Under the pieces are notes generated by a model. The model ran no database searches. It saw nothing but the letters and a program-made list of their open reading frames with translations, and had not been told where the DNA came from. A stretch of 64,000 nt of DNA from Phaeosaccion multiseriatum (Eukaryota > Protista > Ochrophyta, other classes), in NCBI GenBank assembly GCA_965112735.1, contig OZ218961.1, positions 124,001 to 188,000 on the forward strand, in the 5' to 3' direction. Position 1 is the stretch's first letter. Every line of letters starts with the position of its first letter. A program made the translations under genes and the position numbers. Shown here in pieces: positions 1-13,340 of the stretch.

Positions 1-128
1 GAGGAGGGAGGAGGGGGAGGGAGAGCGTCAGCAGAGAGTGTGTGTGATTTTGCGGTGTGCGTGTGCGCACATGGTCGCAATACCCAGTCGACGGAAAGAC
101 TCATGAAACGGTTCGTTCAATGACTTAC

Positions 129-3100
129 CTGCGTCACCTCCCGACGGTCCAGGAACACGTCGGCGCTCGTGGGGATCATTTGCCTGCAGTGGATGGAGGG
201 ATGGCAGCGGATGGATGGTGCTTAGATTGATTAGTCAATGTGGCATACTCCAAAAGGGGGCAGAGAGAACACATAGAAGAACATAGAAGAACACATAAGA
301 AGAAGGGCGAAACGATCACCGTCACTCCGCCCCCCCCACCTCCTCACTGTCCTGACCCCACCCCTTACAACCCTACTCACTCCCTCACTCCCTCCCTCAC
401 TCACTCACTCACTGTACTCACTCACTCACTCACTCACTCACTCACTCACTCACTCACCCATTCCTGTACGGCTGGAACTCCGAGAAGGGCAGTCGGTGCG
501 TCATCCAGCGGTTCTCCTCCGTCTGAATCTTACATTCGAACTGCACCCCCGAGGCCTGCGATCGCTTGGTCCGGACGTACACCACGTACTCCAAGCCGTC
601 GCCAATTGCACGCAGCAGCATGCCCGAGAACTGCTGGAGGTTGAGGTCCAGAGGGGCGCTCTCTACGGCAATGTATCCGAGCAACGAGTCCGCATTGTAC
701 GACCCGAAGGTGGCCTTCTTATACACATTCGTGTTCCACTTGACGTAGGGGGAGGTCTCGGCGGGCTGCCACAGCCTTCGGTCCCTCCTGCGGCTGAAGC
801 GGAAGAGCATCTTCTTGCCCACGTACTCGGGGCCGTAGTCGTCGTACCGCACCTGAGAGTTTGAGTTTGCAGTTTATAGTGTGCAGTTTACAGTTTCAGG
901 TGTAGTGTGTAGTGGGCCCCTTTTGCCGTACCCACGTTTTCAGAGTATATGAGCAGGCAGGCGCTCGCGAGTAGTAACCCAACCTCCAAAGGCCACCCAG
1001 CCATTGACATACTCCCCCACTCCCACCCACCTGCTGGAACATCTCGATGATGTTGCGGAAGGACTCGTACTCGGCCTTGCGAGCCTCCTTGGACTGATCC
1101 GACGACTGCGCGCAGTACATGATCTTGTCCACTCCGGAGCAGGCCCTCTCCAGCGTGATGTAGTCAAGCAGGTCTCCTTGGGCATACTCCACGCCAGACC
1201 CAAGCAGGTCCAGAGTGGTGGAGGCGAGGGTACGCACCTGAGGGAGGGGGGTGAGGTGGGAAGGATGGCAGTGGATGGGTGGGTGGAAGTGAAGGGATGC
1301 AAGGGACGGGGCCGTAAAGCAACAAAACAACAGAGAGAGGGGCGACAAGCACGAGAGAATGTCAAGACACACACTCACTCACACGCACAGGAGAGGCAAA
1401 CAAAGCTTCACCCCTCCTTCCCTCCCTGCTCACAGACAGCCTGACGGGCTGACTCACCAACACGCGAACTTTGAAGCCCGCCCTGAGCAACTTGCGAACG
1501 ATGATGCGGCCTGTCCTTCCAGTTGCTCCCACCACGAGCACCACAGGTACCTCCTCTGCGCTGGCGAACTGACGAGGTGGGGAGGGGGACAAGAGGTGAT
1601 ACAGAGAGGGAGGGAGGGAGGGAGGGTGGTAAGTTGGTGATACAGAGAGGGGCGTAGAGTGAGGGGGGTACGTTCTCTCCGTCTCCGTCCCTCTCTCCAT
1701 GTGTGTTTCCCTTCTTCCCTCCCCCTCCCTCCATCCCTCCCTCCCTCCCTCCTCTGTCTCCCTCTGTCTCACCTGACTATACATGACTCTCTCATACTCC
1801 TCCATCTCAGCGTCATCGAGCCCCTCCTCCCTGGCGAGAGGGTTGGTGCCCGTGAAGGACAGCAGTGCATCTCCAATGCTCCCTCGAAGGTCCCTTCCCG
1901 CTTGAATGGCTCCTTGGAACGGGTTCAGCAACCCCCCCTGCTCGCCGTCCACGATGCCTCTCTCCTCTTGAAGCTGCTTCATGCGACGACTACGCATCAG
2001 ACGGGCGAAGGCTCTGGGACCAGAGGGAGGGGGGGGGAGGAGGAGGAGGAGGGAGACGAGACGAGAAGACGAGAGGACGAGAAGGGGAGGAAGACGAGGA
2101 GGACACGACGTTAGTCGAAGGCAAGTCCCACACAGGCAGAGAGCGCCTTAACATTTGGTGTCAGGTCCTCCCTCCCACTACTCACTCTGCGTCACCGAAG
2201 TCCCTGTCCACAGTCTTGAGCTTTCTCCTCTGTTGCGGCTGTCCGAACTCGTCCACCCCGAGATCGAAGGAGTCGTCGTCCAGCTCGCCCGCCTGTTGGT
2301 GAGACAGCAGCAGCAGATCAGTTGGTGACGGACAGGATAGGACAGGAGGGGCCAGATTCCCAACCACTCATCCACTACGCACTCACTCACCCATTCACTT
2401 AATCACATTTCTTCCCTCCCTCCCTCACCTCCCTCCCTCCCTCCCTCCCTTCTCCCCCTCCTTACCTGGAGCTTGCGGTAGAACTCCTTCTCCTCCTTGT
2501 CGGCCGCTTCGTCCCTGATCCTCTTCGCCTCCGCCTTGGCCTCTGCCAACAGCTTGGCCTTCTTCGCTCGGTCCTCCTCCACTAGCTTCTTCATCTCGGG
2601 GGTCATAGGCGTCGGCTCTCTCTTGGGAGCGGCTGGTACTGCTACAGGCTCCTCCTTCTTGGGTGCCTTGGGCTGCACGTCCTTGGGGAGGGGGGCGTAG
2701 TAGTCGTCGTACTCATCGTCGTCATAGTCATCGTACTCCTCGTAACTATTGCTGTCTCCGTACGGGCTGTTGTCCCCATAACCTCCCCCATAGCCGCCCC
2801 CCCAAGCGTCAGCCTGCGCGCCACCCCCTCCCGCACCACCATACGAGGGCTCGTCCTCCCACCCCGCGCCAGCACCACCCTTGTTCTTCTTTTTCTTCTT
2901 GCCACCGCCGTTCCAGGCCGGCTTGGAGTATTCGTCGAAATCGTCCCCTCCCTCGTCGCCCCACTCGACACTCTCCTCGTAGCCCGAGTCGTAGCCGTAG
3001 TCGTAATCGTCTTCGTATCCACCCCCTCGCCCTCCTCGAGCGGCTAGTCTGCCAAAGACTGTGCGGGCCCTCTTGCGGGTTGACGGCACCATCCCTGCTC

Positions 3101-3299
3101 CTGTCCAAATGTGTGCATTCGCTTCATGTGAACTGTCAGTCCTTTTCCTCTCACTGCTGCGACTCCCACTGCCAGCGACGCTCTTCCGGCTAAATTCCAC
3201 CCTCGAGTACAAGCCACTGGGTGCAAAGGCCCGTGTCGTGTCCAGCAAAGCCGCGGGCAACAGCAGGCACGCCAAGCCGAGCCCTCGCCCTGGAGGCAT
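129..3299 (-). CDS. Plastid-targeted NAD(P)-binding Rossmann/CIA30-domain protein, HCF173-like; 3' end runs off the window
   Basis: Presequence MPPGRGLGLACLLLPAALLDTTRA^FAP (ASAFAP-type). Rossmann motif VLVVGATGRTGRIIVRKLL...VEYAQGDLLD is followed by a CIA30-like segment (LDLNLQQFSGMLLRAIGDG...WMTHRLPFSEF). Seven in-frame GT-AG exons were traced, first 3299-2466 and last visible 183-129. Confidence 0.8.
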
Positions 3300-3814
3300 G
3301 AGTACCGCTCCTTCGCGAAGAACGAAGAGTAGGAGGAGCAGAGAGCAGAGAATGCAGCGCAGTCAGGCCACCGACGAGCAGCGGTTCTGCTCCTTTCAAT
3401 ACTCCATAATCCCCTTGTCGCTACTGTGATGTGCTGTGCTTTGGTTGCGGGGAATGCGTCGCCGTTGTTTGGCGTGCGTGTTCGAGCATACAACTTGAAA
3501 CTGAAAACTGAATTTGAGTTTCAGATAAGTGGACAAATGTTTTTCCTCGCAAAATCCAAAAAGCTGTGAATTCTAACTCACGCGTGTGCGTAACATCGGC
3601 AACTCCCACAGCTCTACCCAGCGCAGCTGTGCCTCCCTTTGGCAAGTGATTAACTATCTTCCTCCCCACCGCCCAGGTTGGGTTTTGTTTGTTGTCTTCA
3701 ACAGAGGAGAGAAGCAACGCGAGTAAGAAACTTATCGGAGGGGAGGGCGAAAAGGAGAGGGTTGCCTCTCTGTCCCTGGCTGTGCCTTGGTAGATCCCCT
3801 GGTAGCAAGCGAGT

Positions 3815-5605
3815 ATGGGGGCTTCGGAGAGCACCAGCAGTCTGCGGTCCAGCAGGAAGGGCAAGCGTAACAGTGGAGACGCCAGTGGCAGTGCTGGTAC
3901 CGCCCCCGCTGCTTCGGCCGCTGCCGCTGCGGCTGCTGCCACTGTGTCTGCCGCGAGCGCTGCTTCCACCACCACGGCCGCAGAAGCCACCAATGTGGCA
4001 GGAGCAGCAGAAGCAGACCTGCCTTCTACCCCAGCAGGAGGAGCAGCAGCAGGAGGATTTGGAGGAGGAGGGGGGGTGGGAGGAGCAGGAAGTCCGCCCC
4101 CCCGCAGAGGGAGCATAGGAAAGTCGATGTCGTCCAAGCGCTTCAAGAAGGGGGGGGCAGGGGCCACGCAGTGGAAGATCTTCAACGACCTCGACGTGCA
4201 CGACGACAAGATGATGATCGAACTTGCCGTCTTCCTGCGCCGCCTCGAGAAGGGCGCCCCCGTCCACCACCACCAGGCCGGTGGAGGGGCACATGGAGGA
4301 GGAGCAGGAGGGCTCAAGCGCAGGCCCTCCGTCAAGGCGGGCGGAGACGCCATGAAGGCCATCGATGAGGACAGCCGTGAGGGGATGGCAGTGGATGGGG
4401 AGGGCGAGGACGGGGGCGCGGCAGACATGGCGGCGGAGGCCACCCCTGCCGATTTGTTCAGCGCCACCAACACAGATGGCGACGATAATGACATGGACAT
4501 GGATCACCACACGTGGGGGAGCGGGGATGGGAGCCGGAGGGGAAGCCTCAACAGCATGGGGCAGCATAGGGGCAGTCTCATGGGCAGGTACTCGGGAACC
4601 ATCGATCTCGATAACATCCAGGTAGGTGGGTGGGTTGGTGGGTGGGTTGGTGGGTGGGTGGGTGGGGGATGGTGTGGGTGTGGGAGGGGGGGGGCGGAAT
4701 GGGTGAGTGGGAAGGAGAAAGACTTGTGATTGGTTCATTGATTCATTGGTTGGTTGGCCCCTTTCCATTTTTGATTGATTGATTTCTGATTTTTTCTCTC
4801 TCCTCACGGGCCGTAGTCCTTGTTCCACGAGCGGATGTGCGCTGAGCTTCGCGTGTTGTGTTGGCAGTGGTGAGAGGTGAACACTCCTCTCACTCCGTGT
4901 CATGTCATGTTCCATCTCCCTCCCTCTCTCTCTGTCTGTCTGACTCTCTCCCCTCACTACCTTGTAATCCCCTCCCTACCATGTAATCCCCTCCCTACCA
5001 TGTAATCCCCTCCCTACCATGTAATCCCCTCACTACCATGTAATCCCCTCACTACCATGTAATCCCCTCACTACCATGTAATCTCCTCACTACCATGTAA
5101 TCCCCTCACTACCATGTAATCCCCTCACTGCTCAAGTTGGAGGAGCGGCCCATCCCCGCCCTTGTGCGCATCGGCAGCGTGGATGTGAATCTCGGCTCGG
5201 AGTCCTCCAACCTGTCTGACTACAACCTCGGCAAGGCGCCCCCCTCCGTTGAGACCGTGCACGAAGTCGTGCAGCTCTACGCAGCAGGTTAGTAAGTCAA
5301 GGGGGTTAGTAAGTCAAGGGGTTAATCAAATCAGGAGGGAGGGGTGAGAGTGGATGGCAGCGGATGTAGGGTGTGGGTGGGTGGAGGGATGGGTGGAGAG
5401 GGTGTGGAGGAGGGAAAGAGAGGAAGGACAAAACGAAAGGTGAAGGAGAAAGAAAGAAAGAAAGAAGGAACAAGTCATTTCATTATCACATTCGAGAAGT
5501 AGCAGCAGTAAGTAGCCTTGAACTCCCAAGCAGTATGTAGCCTTCAACTCCCACCCACCGGGGTCCTGACACACATACACACACACGCACACACACACAC
5601 ACACA

Positions 5606-5646
<41 letters not shown>

Positions 5647-8600
5647 CTACCCACCCACCCACACAAGCACCCATTCCACCCATCCCTTCACCCACATACC
5701 CACCCACATACACCCATCCCCTCCCCCTCTGTCCTGACACGCCGTACGTACTTCCTTAATGACTTACTGCTTTTTTTACTTACTGCCGCCAGGGGGTCGC
5801 CTGAGCACCAAGAGTCTGCGCCGCATCCTAAGAGACGCGTATAAGGTGAGTCGTGTTACGCACAGTATCGACACTATCGACACGCAGTATCGACACTATC
5901 GACACGCAGTATCGACACTATCGTCACGCAGTATCGACACTATCGACACGCAGTGTCGTTGTGTGTGGTAGAACGACAATCCCTTGTGTGATGTGTCACT
6001 GTCTTGCAGTTGTGGTGTGGGGTATTTACAGTGAGTGCTTGGTCCTTGAGTCTGCTTGACAGTCTGCTTGACAGGCAGTTGTGTCTTTTATCTTACTTAC
6101 CATGTCGTGTGTCCCTCCCCCACCCCCGTGTATATTATATACATATTATATACATGTATTGTATTGTATGTATATATGTATATCTATGTTTGTTTGTGTG
6201 TTTGTGTTTTCGTGTGTGTGTTTGTGTGTTTGTGCCCAGGTTCTGAAGGAGCTGCCCAACGTGAGCAGGCTGAACATGTCCCCCAAGGGCAAAGTGGTGG
6301 TGGTTGGGGACCTCCATGGGCAGCTCGGTGACCTCCTGCACCTGCTGGACCACCACGGCTTCCCCGACGAGCACACCTCCTATGTCTTCAACGGAGACTT
6401 CGTTGACAGGTCGGATAGATGGCAATGGATGGGGCGGGGGTACATGGCAGTGGATGGCAGTGGATGGTTAGATGGTTAGAGTCCCCCTTTGATTTCCTCG
6501 CTTTGCCATTTGCTTGCCCTGCTTGCGCTCTTTTTGTCTCATGTGTTGCGTTTACAAGTCAGTCACATGCCGTACCTTCGTTTTCCTCCCTCTCTCCATC
6601 CCTCCCTCCCTCCCTCCCTCCCTCCCTCCTTCTCTACCTCCCTCGCTACTTCCCTCCCTCACGCCCTCTGTCTCACTCCCCCCTCCCTCCCTTCCTCCTC
6701 TCGCTTCCCCTCTCCCTCCTCCCTTCCCCCCAACGGCACTCTCTAACCACCCATGCCTAAAAACCCCACCCACTGCCATCCATCCACTGCCATCCATCCG
6801 CTGCCATGGCTCCCCTCCCCTCCCCTCCCCCCTACAGAGGTGCCATGGGTACCGAGGTGTTGGTGCTGCTGTTCATGCTTCTCGTGGTGTGGCCCGATAG
6901 AGTTACGCTCAATAGGGGCAATCACGAGGACTTTGGCCTGTGCTGCGTGTACGGCTTCCAGCAAGAGTGTCTCAGGTAGGGAGAGAGAGGCCCAAGAAAG
7001 AGGCCCAAGAAAGAGTACAAAGGCGCATGAGGATGGCAGTGGATAGGGAGAGGCCCAAAGTAGGGTAGAAAGGCTCATGAGGATGGCAGTGGATGGGACT
7101 CAGGGGGGTAGGGCTCTCTCTCTCTCACTCACTATTGCACTGACGCCCGCTTTTCTCCTCCTCCTCCTCCTCCTCCTCCCCTCCTCAGCAAGTACAATGA
7201 CGTCATCTTCAGCATGTTCAGTGAGATGTTCCGACACTTGCCGGTGAGTGGGAGGATGGCAGTGGATGGAAGGGGAAGGGGAAGGGATGGCAGTGGATGG
7301 AGGGGGATGGGTCCCTGGGTAGGGGGGGCAGTGAGGTGTCGGTCTGTGACTTACTCACTCCATACGGCTGCGGTGTGGAGGGAGGGAGGGAAGGAGGGAC
7401 GGAGGGAGGAAGGCAGACGGCTGCGGTGTGGAGGGAGGGAGGGAGGGAAGGCGGGATGGAGGGAGGGAGGGAGGGAGGACGGGAGGAAGGAAGGCAGGGA
7501 GGGAGGGAGGAAGGAAGGGAGGGAGGAAGGGAGGGAGTGAGGGAGGGAGGGATGGAGGGAGGGAGGACGGGAGGGAGGACGGGAGGGAGGAAGGAAGGAA
7601 GGCAAGGAGGGAAGGAGGACGGGAGGGAGGAAGGAAGGAAGGCAGAAGGAAGAAGGGAGGGAGGTAGGGAGGGAGGGATGGAGGGAGGGAGGACGGGAGG
7701 GAGGGAGGGAGGACGGGAGGGAGGAAGGAAGGCAGGGAGGGAGCACTTGTCCGTCCGCTCTATCTCTCCATGCGTTGTGCTTGGCCTCAATTGAATTGAG
7801 TGCGAGAGTCACTCGCACGCCCCTCTGGCCTCTCTACGCCTCCATCCACTGCCATCCCTCCTCTCGCCTCTCTACGCCTCCATCCACTGCCATCCCTCCC
7901 CTCGCCTTTCTACGCCTCCATCCACTGCCATCCCTCCCCTCGCCTCTCTACGCCTCCATCCACTGCCATCCCTCCCCTCGCCTCTCTACGCCTCCATCCA
8001 CTGCCATCCCTCCCCTCGCCTCTCTACGTCTCTCTACAGGGGTGTTACAGGGGTGTGCAGCTTGAGGGCTCGTACGAAAGAAGCGAATTCCCTCACCTCA
8101 CCTCGCCTCACCTCACCTCACCTCACCTCACCTCACCCCAACTCTCTCCCATACCATCTTCCCCGCTTGCTCTCCTCTTCCCTCTCTCTCTCCATCTCAC
8201 CCCCTTCCTCCCCCTCTCCCTCTTGGTCTCCGCCTCTCTATCCCCCCCCCCCTCTCTCTCTTCCTTTGACTCTCAGATGTGCACGCTGGTGCACGAGCGC
8301 GTGTTGGTGATCCACGGAGGCCTCTTCCACAGAGAGCACGTCACCATCAGCGACCTCGAGCAGGTATGTGTGTGTGTGTGTGTGTGCGCGCGTGGGGGGG
8401 CGTACTTGTATGTACTTACATATATGTGTGTGTGTGTGTGTCCCTATCGATGAATCAGGTGGACCGTCTGGAGTACGTGGTTCCTTCGCGACAGGACATC
8501 GAGGAAGACGAGGTAAGCGAGGGGGAAGGGGAGAGAGAGAGACGGAAGGAAAGAGGGAGAGGGAAGGACAGAGGGACGGAAAGAGGGAGAGAAGGAGGAG

Positions 8601-9651
8601 ACAGGGAGAAGGGAGGGGAAGAGGGAGCGAGGGGGCACAGAATTAGGAGAGGGGGAGGGATGGCGAGAGAGAGAGATGAAAGAGTGAGAGAGGGAGAGAG
8701 AAGAAAGAGGGAGAGAGGGAGAGAGAAGAAAGAGGGAGAGAGGGAGAGAAGAAAGAGGGAGAGAGGGAGAGAGAAGAAAGAGGGAGAGAGGGAGAGAAGA
8801 AAGAGGGAGAGAGGGAGAGAGAAGAAAGAGGGAGAGAGGGAGAGAGAAGAAAGAGGGAGAGAGGGAGAGAGAAGAAAGAGGGAGAGAGGGAGAGAGAAGA
8901 AAGAGGGAGAGAGGGAGAGAGGGAGCTCTTGCTATGTCTTGCTGCGTGTTGCTTGCTCAAACTGAACACCCGATTCTGCAAACTGAACACCCGATTCTGC
9001 AAACTGAACACCCGATTCTGCAAACTGAACACCTGATTCCTCATCTTACACTTGGCTCCCCCCCCCCCTCCGACCCTTACTCCCTCCCCCCCTCCTTCCC
9101 TTCCTCCCTCCCTCCCTCCCCCCTCCCTCCCTCCCTCCCTCCCTCCCTCCCTCCCTCCCTCCCCCCGTCCTTTCCTTGCTACACCAGAGCGGCATGTCAG
9201 ACGAGGAGCTGCGCGAGAAGGACCTTCGTACTCTGATGCACTGCGCTTTGTGGAGCGATCCCGACCTCGAGCCCTGCTTGCCGCACCCTGCTCCCAACCC
9301 CAGGGGGGCGGGAGTGCTCTTCGGACCCGATATCACCTCGCAGGTGCGTCTCTTCGTTCGTTAGGGGTGGTCGTTCTTTTTGGTCTGTACGTTAAGGGTG
9401 GTCGTTCTTTTTGGTCTGTACGTGAGGGGTGGTCGTTCTTTTTGGTCTGTACGTGAGGGGTGGTCGTTCTTTTTGGTCTGTACGTTAGGGGTGGTCGTTC
9501 TTTTTGGTCTGTACGTTAGGGGTGTTTGTTTGCTTTGATGCTGTCAAGTCTGTTGCTATTCACCTTGTGACATTTTTTACCTTGTTTGTATGTCTACGTA
9601 AGGGGTTACGTGAGGGGTTATGTAAGGGGTGGGTGGGGGGTGGGTGGCTCC

Positions 9652-9702
<51 letters not shown>

Positions 9703-12700
9703 TTTCTCTCTCTCTCTATCTCTCTCTCTTTTTATCTCTTTTATCTCTGTCGCTCTCTCTCTCTCTCTCTCGCCCTCTCTCTCTCTCTCTCGCCCTCTCT
9801 CTCTCTCTCTCTCTCTTATCTCTCTCTTTCTCTCTATCTCTTTTCTCTCTTTTATCTCTCTGTATCTCTTTTGCTCTCCATTTGGAGTGCATTCTCTAAG
9901 CCCCCCCTCTACTCTCCGCCCCCTTACGCCCTGCCTTTACCCATATGCTTGGCCTTGACCTAAGCAGTTCCTGGACGAGAACCGTCTGGACATGGTGGTG
10001 CGCAGTCATGAGTGCGTGGAGGACGGCTTCGACATGGTGAGTGAGCTACGTACTTGCTTGGCCCGTATGCTTGGCATGTGCTTGGCCCGTATGCTTGGCA
10101 TGTGCTTGGCCCGTATGCTTGGCATGTGCTTGGCCCATGTGCTTGTTAATCCACCGCTCATCGTTCCGCCACTCTTCCTCTCCCCCTTCCCCCCTCTTCC
10201 TCTCCCCCTCCCTCCCCCTCCCTCCCTCCTCCCTCCCTCCCTCCGCATCACCAAAGCCTTTCGAGGGAGACGAGGAAGGGTGCTGTGCGACAGTGTTCAG
10301 CGCGTCCAACTACGGGGGATCCATGAATAGGGGGGCCACCATGACATTCACTCTCACTGATGAGGACGATGAGGGCTTCGTGGCTGGAGGGGAGCTCGCG
10401 CAGGTACCGTGGAGGGGGGGAACGGGGGAGGGAGGAATGAGGGAGGAAGGGAGGGAGGGAGTGGGGGAGCTGTGGGTAAAGGAGGATGGCGTTGATATAA
10501 AGAAAAGCATGTATGTATAGCATTCTATATATATAGCATATATATAGCATAGAAGAGGCGAAGGATCCTTACAACCTCAAACTGAACCGAAACTCGCCCC
10601 GCACACCACACAGGAGCCCTTCGTGTACTTCACCGTGTACGATTGGCAGCTCACCAAGGCCGCGGGGGGAGGAGCAGGGAGGACGGTCCTGGAGGGATTG
10701 ACAAAGGCCAACAGACACGGTTTGAGCAGCCTCGTGTTGAGGAAGAAGAAGCTCTTGACCAATGCGTTCGAGCAGGTGGACAAGCAGGTAAGTAAGGCGG
10801 GAGTGGTGAGGGGGGGATGGAGGAGGGGAGGCGTGCATGTGGGTGTGGGTAGTGTTGTGTACGTGTGCGCGCGTTTCGGGTGGTTTGTTGGTTTTTTTGT
10901 CGGATTGGTTGGTTGGTTGGCTGGTTGGCTGGTTGGTTGGTTGGTTGATTGGTTGGTTGGTTGGTTGGTTGGTTGGTTGGTTGGTTGGTTGGCTGGCTGG
11001 TTGGTTGATTGGTTGGTTGGTTGGTTGGTTGATTTGGTTGGTTGGTTGGTTGGTTGGTTGGTTGCATTTTGGTACCTCGGTCCTTCGCTGGAAGCGTGCT
11101 TACGTTCCTTCCCTCTGGCCGTACTTACTGCCTTTCTTCTTTCCGTAAGAAGCCCCATTGCTTACTGGCTTACTTCTTACAGTAAGAAGTCCCCTTTCCC
11201 TCTCTGAGGCCTCACTCTCTCCGAGCCCGCTGTTCTCCTTCTCTCCTCCCCTGACGGACCACCTGCCCTTGATTCCTCCCCCACCCCCCCCTCCACCTCT
11301 CCCTCCCTCCCTCCCTCCCTCCCTCCCTCCCTCCCTCCCTCCCTCCCTCCCTTCCCTCCCTTCCCTCCCTCCCTTCCTCCCCCCCACCGCCCCTTAGAAG
11401 TCCGGCTGGATCTCTGTGGACAGATGGGAGCGCGTAATGTCCGAGGCGACAGGCCTGGTGCTGGCATGGCCTGCGCTCATGCCCATCCTTGTGGCAGACG
11501 AGGATAAGGACGGGGACCTCATTCACTGGCAGCGCTTCCTAAGGTATTGTGTATTTAGAGGCATATAGGAGGTGTAGGATGTCAATGGGTGGGTGTGGGT
11601 GGACGGGCGTGTGTATGTATGTGCGGCTTGATAGCGCGTTCCATTCCCCTTCGAGTAAAAGCTTATCCTATAGCGGTACACCTACCCACCTACCTGCCTA
11701 TCTACCTACCTATGCTACCTACGTACCTATCTATCTACATATACATCGGGCCCTGCACCACACACCCCAACCCCGTCTCGTACCAAGGCTAACCCCTCAC
11801 CTTCCACTGCCATCATCTGCCATCCACTGCTATCATCTGCCATCCACTGCCATCATCTGCCATCCACTGCCATCCATTGCCATCATCTACCATCCACTGC
11901 CATCATCTGCTATCCACTGCCATCCATTGCCATCATCTGCCATCGTCTGCATCATCTGCCATCCACTGCCATCATCTGCCATCCATTGCCATCATCTGCC
12001 ATCATCTGCCATCCCCCCATCACCCCCTCCACTCCCCTCCCCTCCCGCCCCCCAGCAAATTCCACGTGCAGCTTTCTCTCAAGAACACTGCAGGAGAGGT
12101 CGGCAGCACACACAAGCCCGACGGGAAGCTCCTCTTCGACGCCATGTACTCCAACAGGTATATGGGTATCAATCCCGATGTATTCGATGTTTCAGGTCGA
12201 TTGCGTCTGTCGAGGTCGGACTGAAGCTGCAACTGTTGAGCTGTATTTGATACTCCCTTCCTCCCCCCCCTCCCTCCCTCCTTCTTCCCCTCCTTCCCTC
12301 CCTCCCTCCCTCCTTCCTTCCCTCCCTCTCTCCCTCCATCTATCCATCCATCTCTCCATCCATCCATCCATCCATCCATCCCTCCTTCCTCCCCCCCACC
12401 CCCTCCCCCCAGGGATCGGCTGGAAGCAATATTCCGTTTCTTCGACGCCGATGGGAACGGAGTAATCAGCAGGGACGAGTTCCAGAGGGGGTGCGAGTTC
12501 ATCAACTCCTCAGTGCCGGAAGGTGGGTAGGGGCGTGGAGGCATATGGCGGTTGGGCGTAGTTTAAATTCAAGTTTTTTCTCCTGCGCCCAATTTCTGAA
12601 CGGAAGGAGACCTCTTTCGTGCGAATCCTTGGCCTCTCCCGGCCGCCCATACCCATCAAGTGGGGCTTGGCCCTAATAGTAGAGGAGAAGCTGGACAACA

Positions 12701-13049
12701 ACTAACCCAAAGCGTAACCGTCCGTAACCGTCACCCTTGTCTGTTTGGGACGCCCGCACCCCAAAGAGGAGAAGCTCGAGAACTGGGAGGCGTGGCTGGA
12801 TGTCATGGACTTGGACCAAAACGATTCCGTTGACATAAACGAGTTCTTTGAGGTGAGCAAGGGGAGGGGGGGATGGCAGTGGATGGAGAATGTACTTGTA
12901 CCTGTACTCATCCTCTACGTCCTCCATTCTGTGTATCGACTAATTCTATACTTTAATTCGATGTTCTATGCTGTTGCTCTATGCCCTCTACATTATGTAA
13001 GGTGTTCCGCCTGTGCAACATTTCTCTGGGCGCCGCCGACACGGGGTAG
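3815..13049 (+). CDS. Ser/Thr protein phosphatase with EF-hands (PPEF/rdgC-like PPP family)
   Basis: PPP motifs GDLHGQ, GDFVDRG, NRGNHE, HGGL, LWSDP, RSHE and TVFSASNY. C-terminal EF-hands [13 protein letters not shown] and [14 protein letters not shown]-terminal MGASES is a myristoylation-type start. 17 exons: 3815-4621, 5137-5287, 5793-5845, 6240-6409, 6838-6975, 7189-7243, 8277-8363, 8459-8512, 9188-9343, 9968-10036, 10257-10403, 10614-10787, 11398-11543, 12056-12157, 12413-12522, 12767-12852, 13002-13049. Confidence 0.9.
4967..5128. repeat. 19-bp intronic minisatellite (TACCATGTAATCCCCTCAC), about 8 copies
   Basis: Directly visible; it abuts the acceptor at 5136. Confidence 0.9.
5858..5954. 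repeat. 22-bp intronic minisatellite (ACGCAGTATCGACACTATCGAC), about 4 copies
   Basis: Directly visible. Confidence 0.85.
7830..8030. repeat. About 39-bp tandem repeat containing CCATCCACTGCCATCC, about 5 copies
   Basis: Directly visible in a PPEF intron. Confidence 0.85.
8958..9032. repeat. 21-bp repeat (AAACTGAACACCCGATTCTGC), about 3.5 copies
   Basis: Directly visible. Confidence 0.85.
9358..9524. repeat. About 31-bp repeat (GTACGTTAGGGGTGGTCGTTCTTTTTGGTCT), about 5 copies
   Basis: Directly visible. Confidence 0.85.
10055..10144. repeat. 24-bp repeat (GCTTGGCCCGTATGCTTGGCATGT), about 4 copies
   Basis: Directly visible. Confidence 0.85.
10905..11063. repeat. (GGTT)n microsatellite
   Basis: Directly visible, intronic. 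Confidence 0.9.
11800..12015. repeat. Degenerate array of CCACTGCCATC/ATCTGCCATC units
   Basis: Directly visible, upstream of the acceptor at 12055. Confidence 0.85.
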
Positions 13050-13302
13050 ACAGGGGGGGATGGCAGTGGATGGATGGGCGGACGGCAGTGGATGGTACAA
13101 AAATAATAAATAATGGACGGACGGCAGGGGATGGATGGAAGGTGGGGTGTGGGAGTGGATGGCAGTGGATGAATCCATGAATGGCAGTGGATGGGATGGC
13201 AGTGGATCGATGGCACTGGATGTGAAGGGGACCGATGGCAGTGCACGGGAGTTGCAGAGAAGTGCGCTGAGTGTGGTCGGGAGGGGTGGAAGGGGTAGGA
13301 GG

Positions 13303-13340
<38 letters not shown>

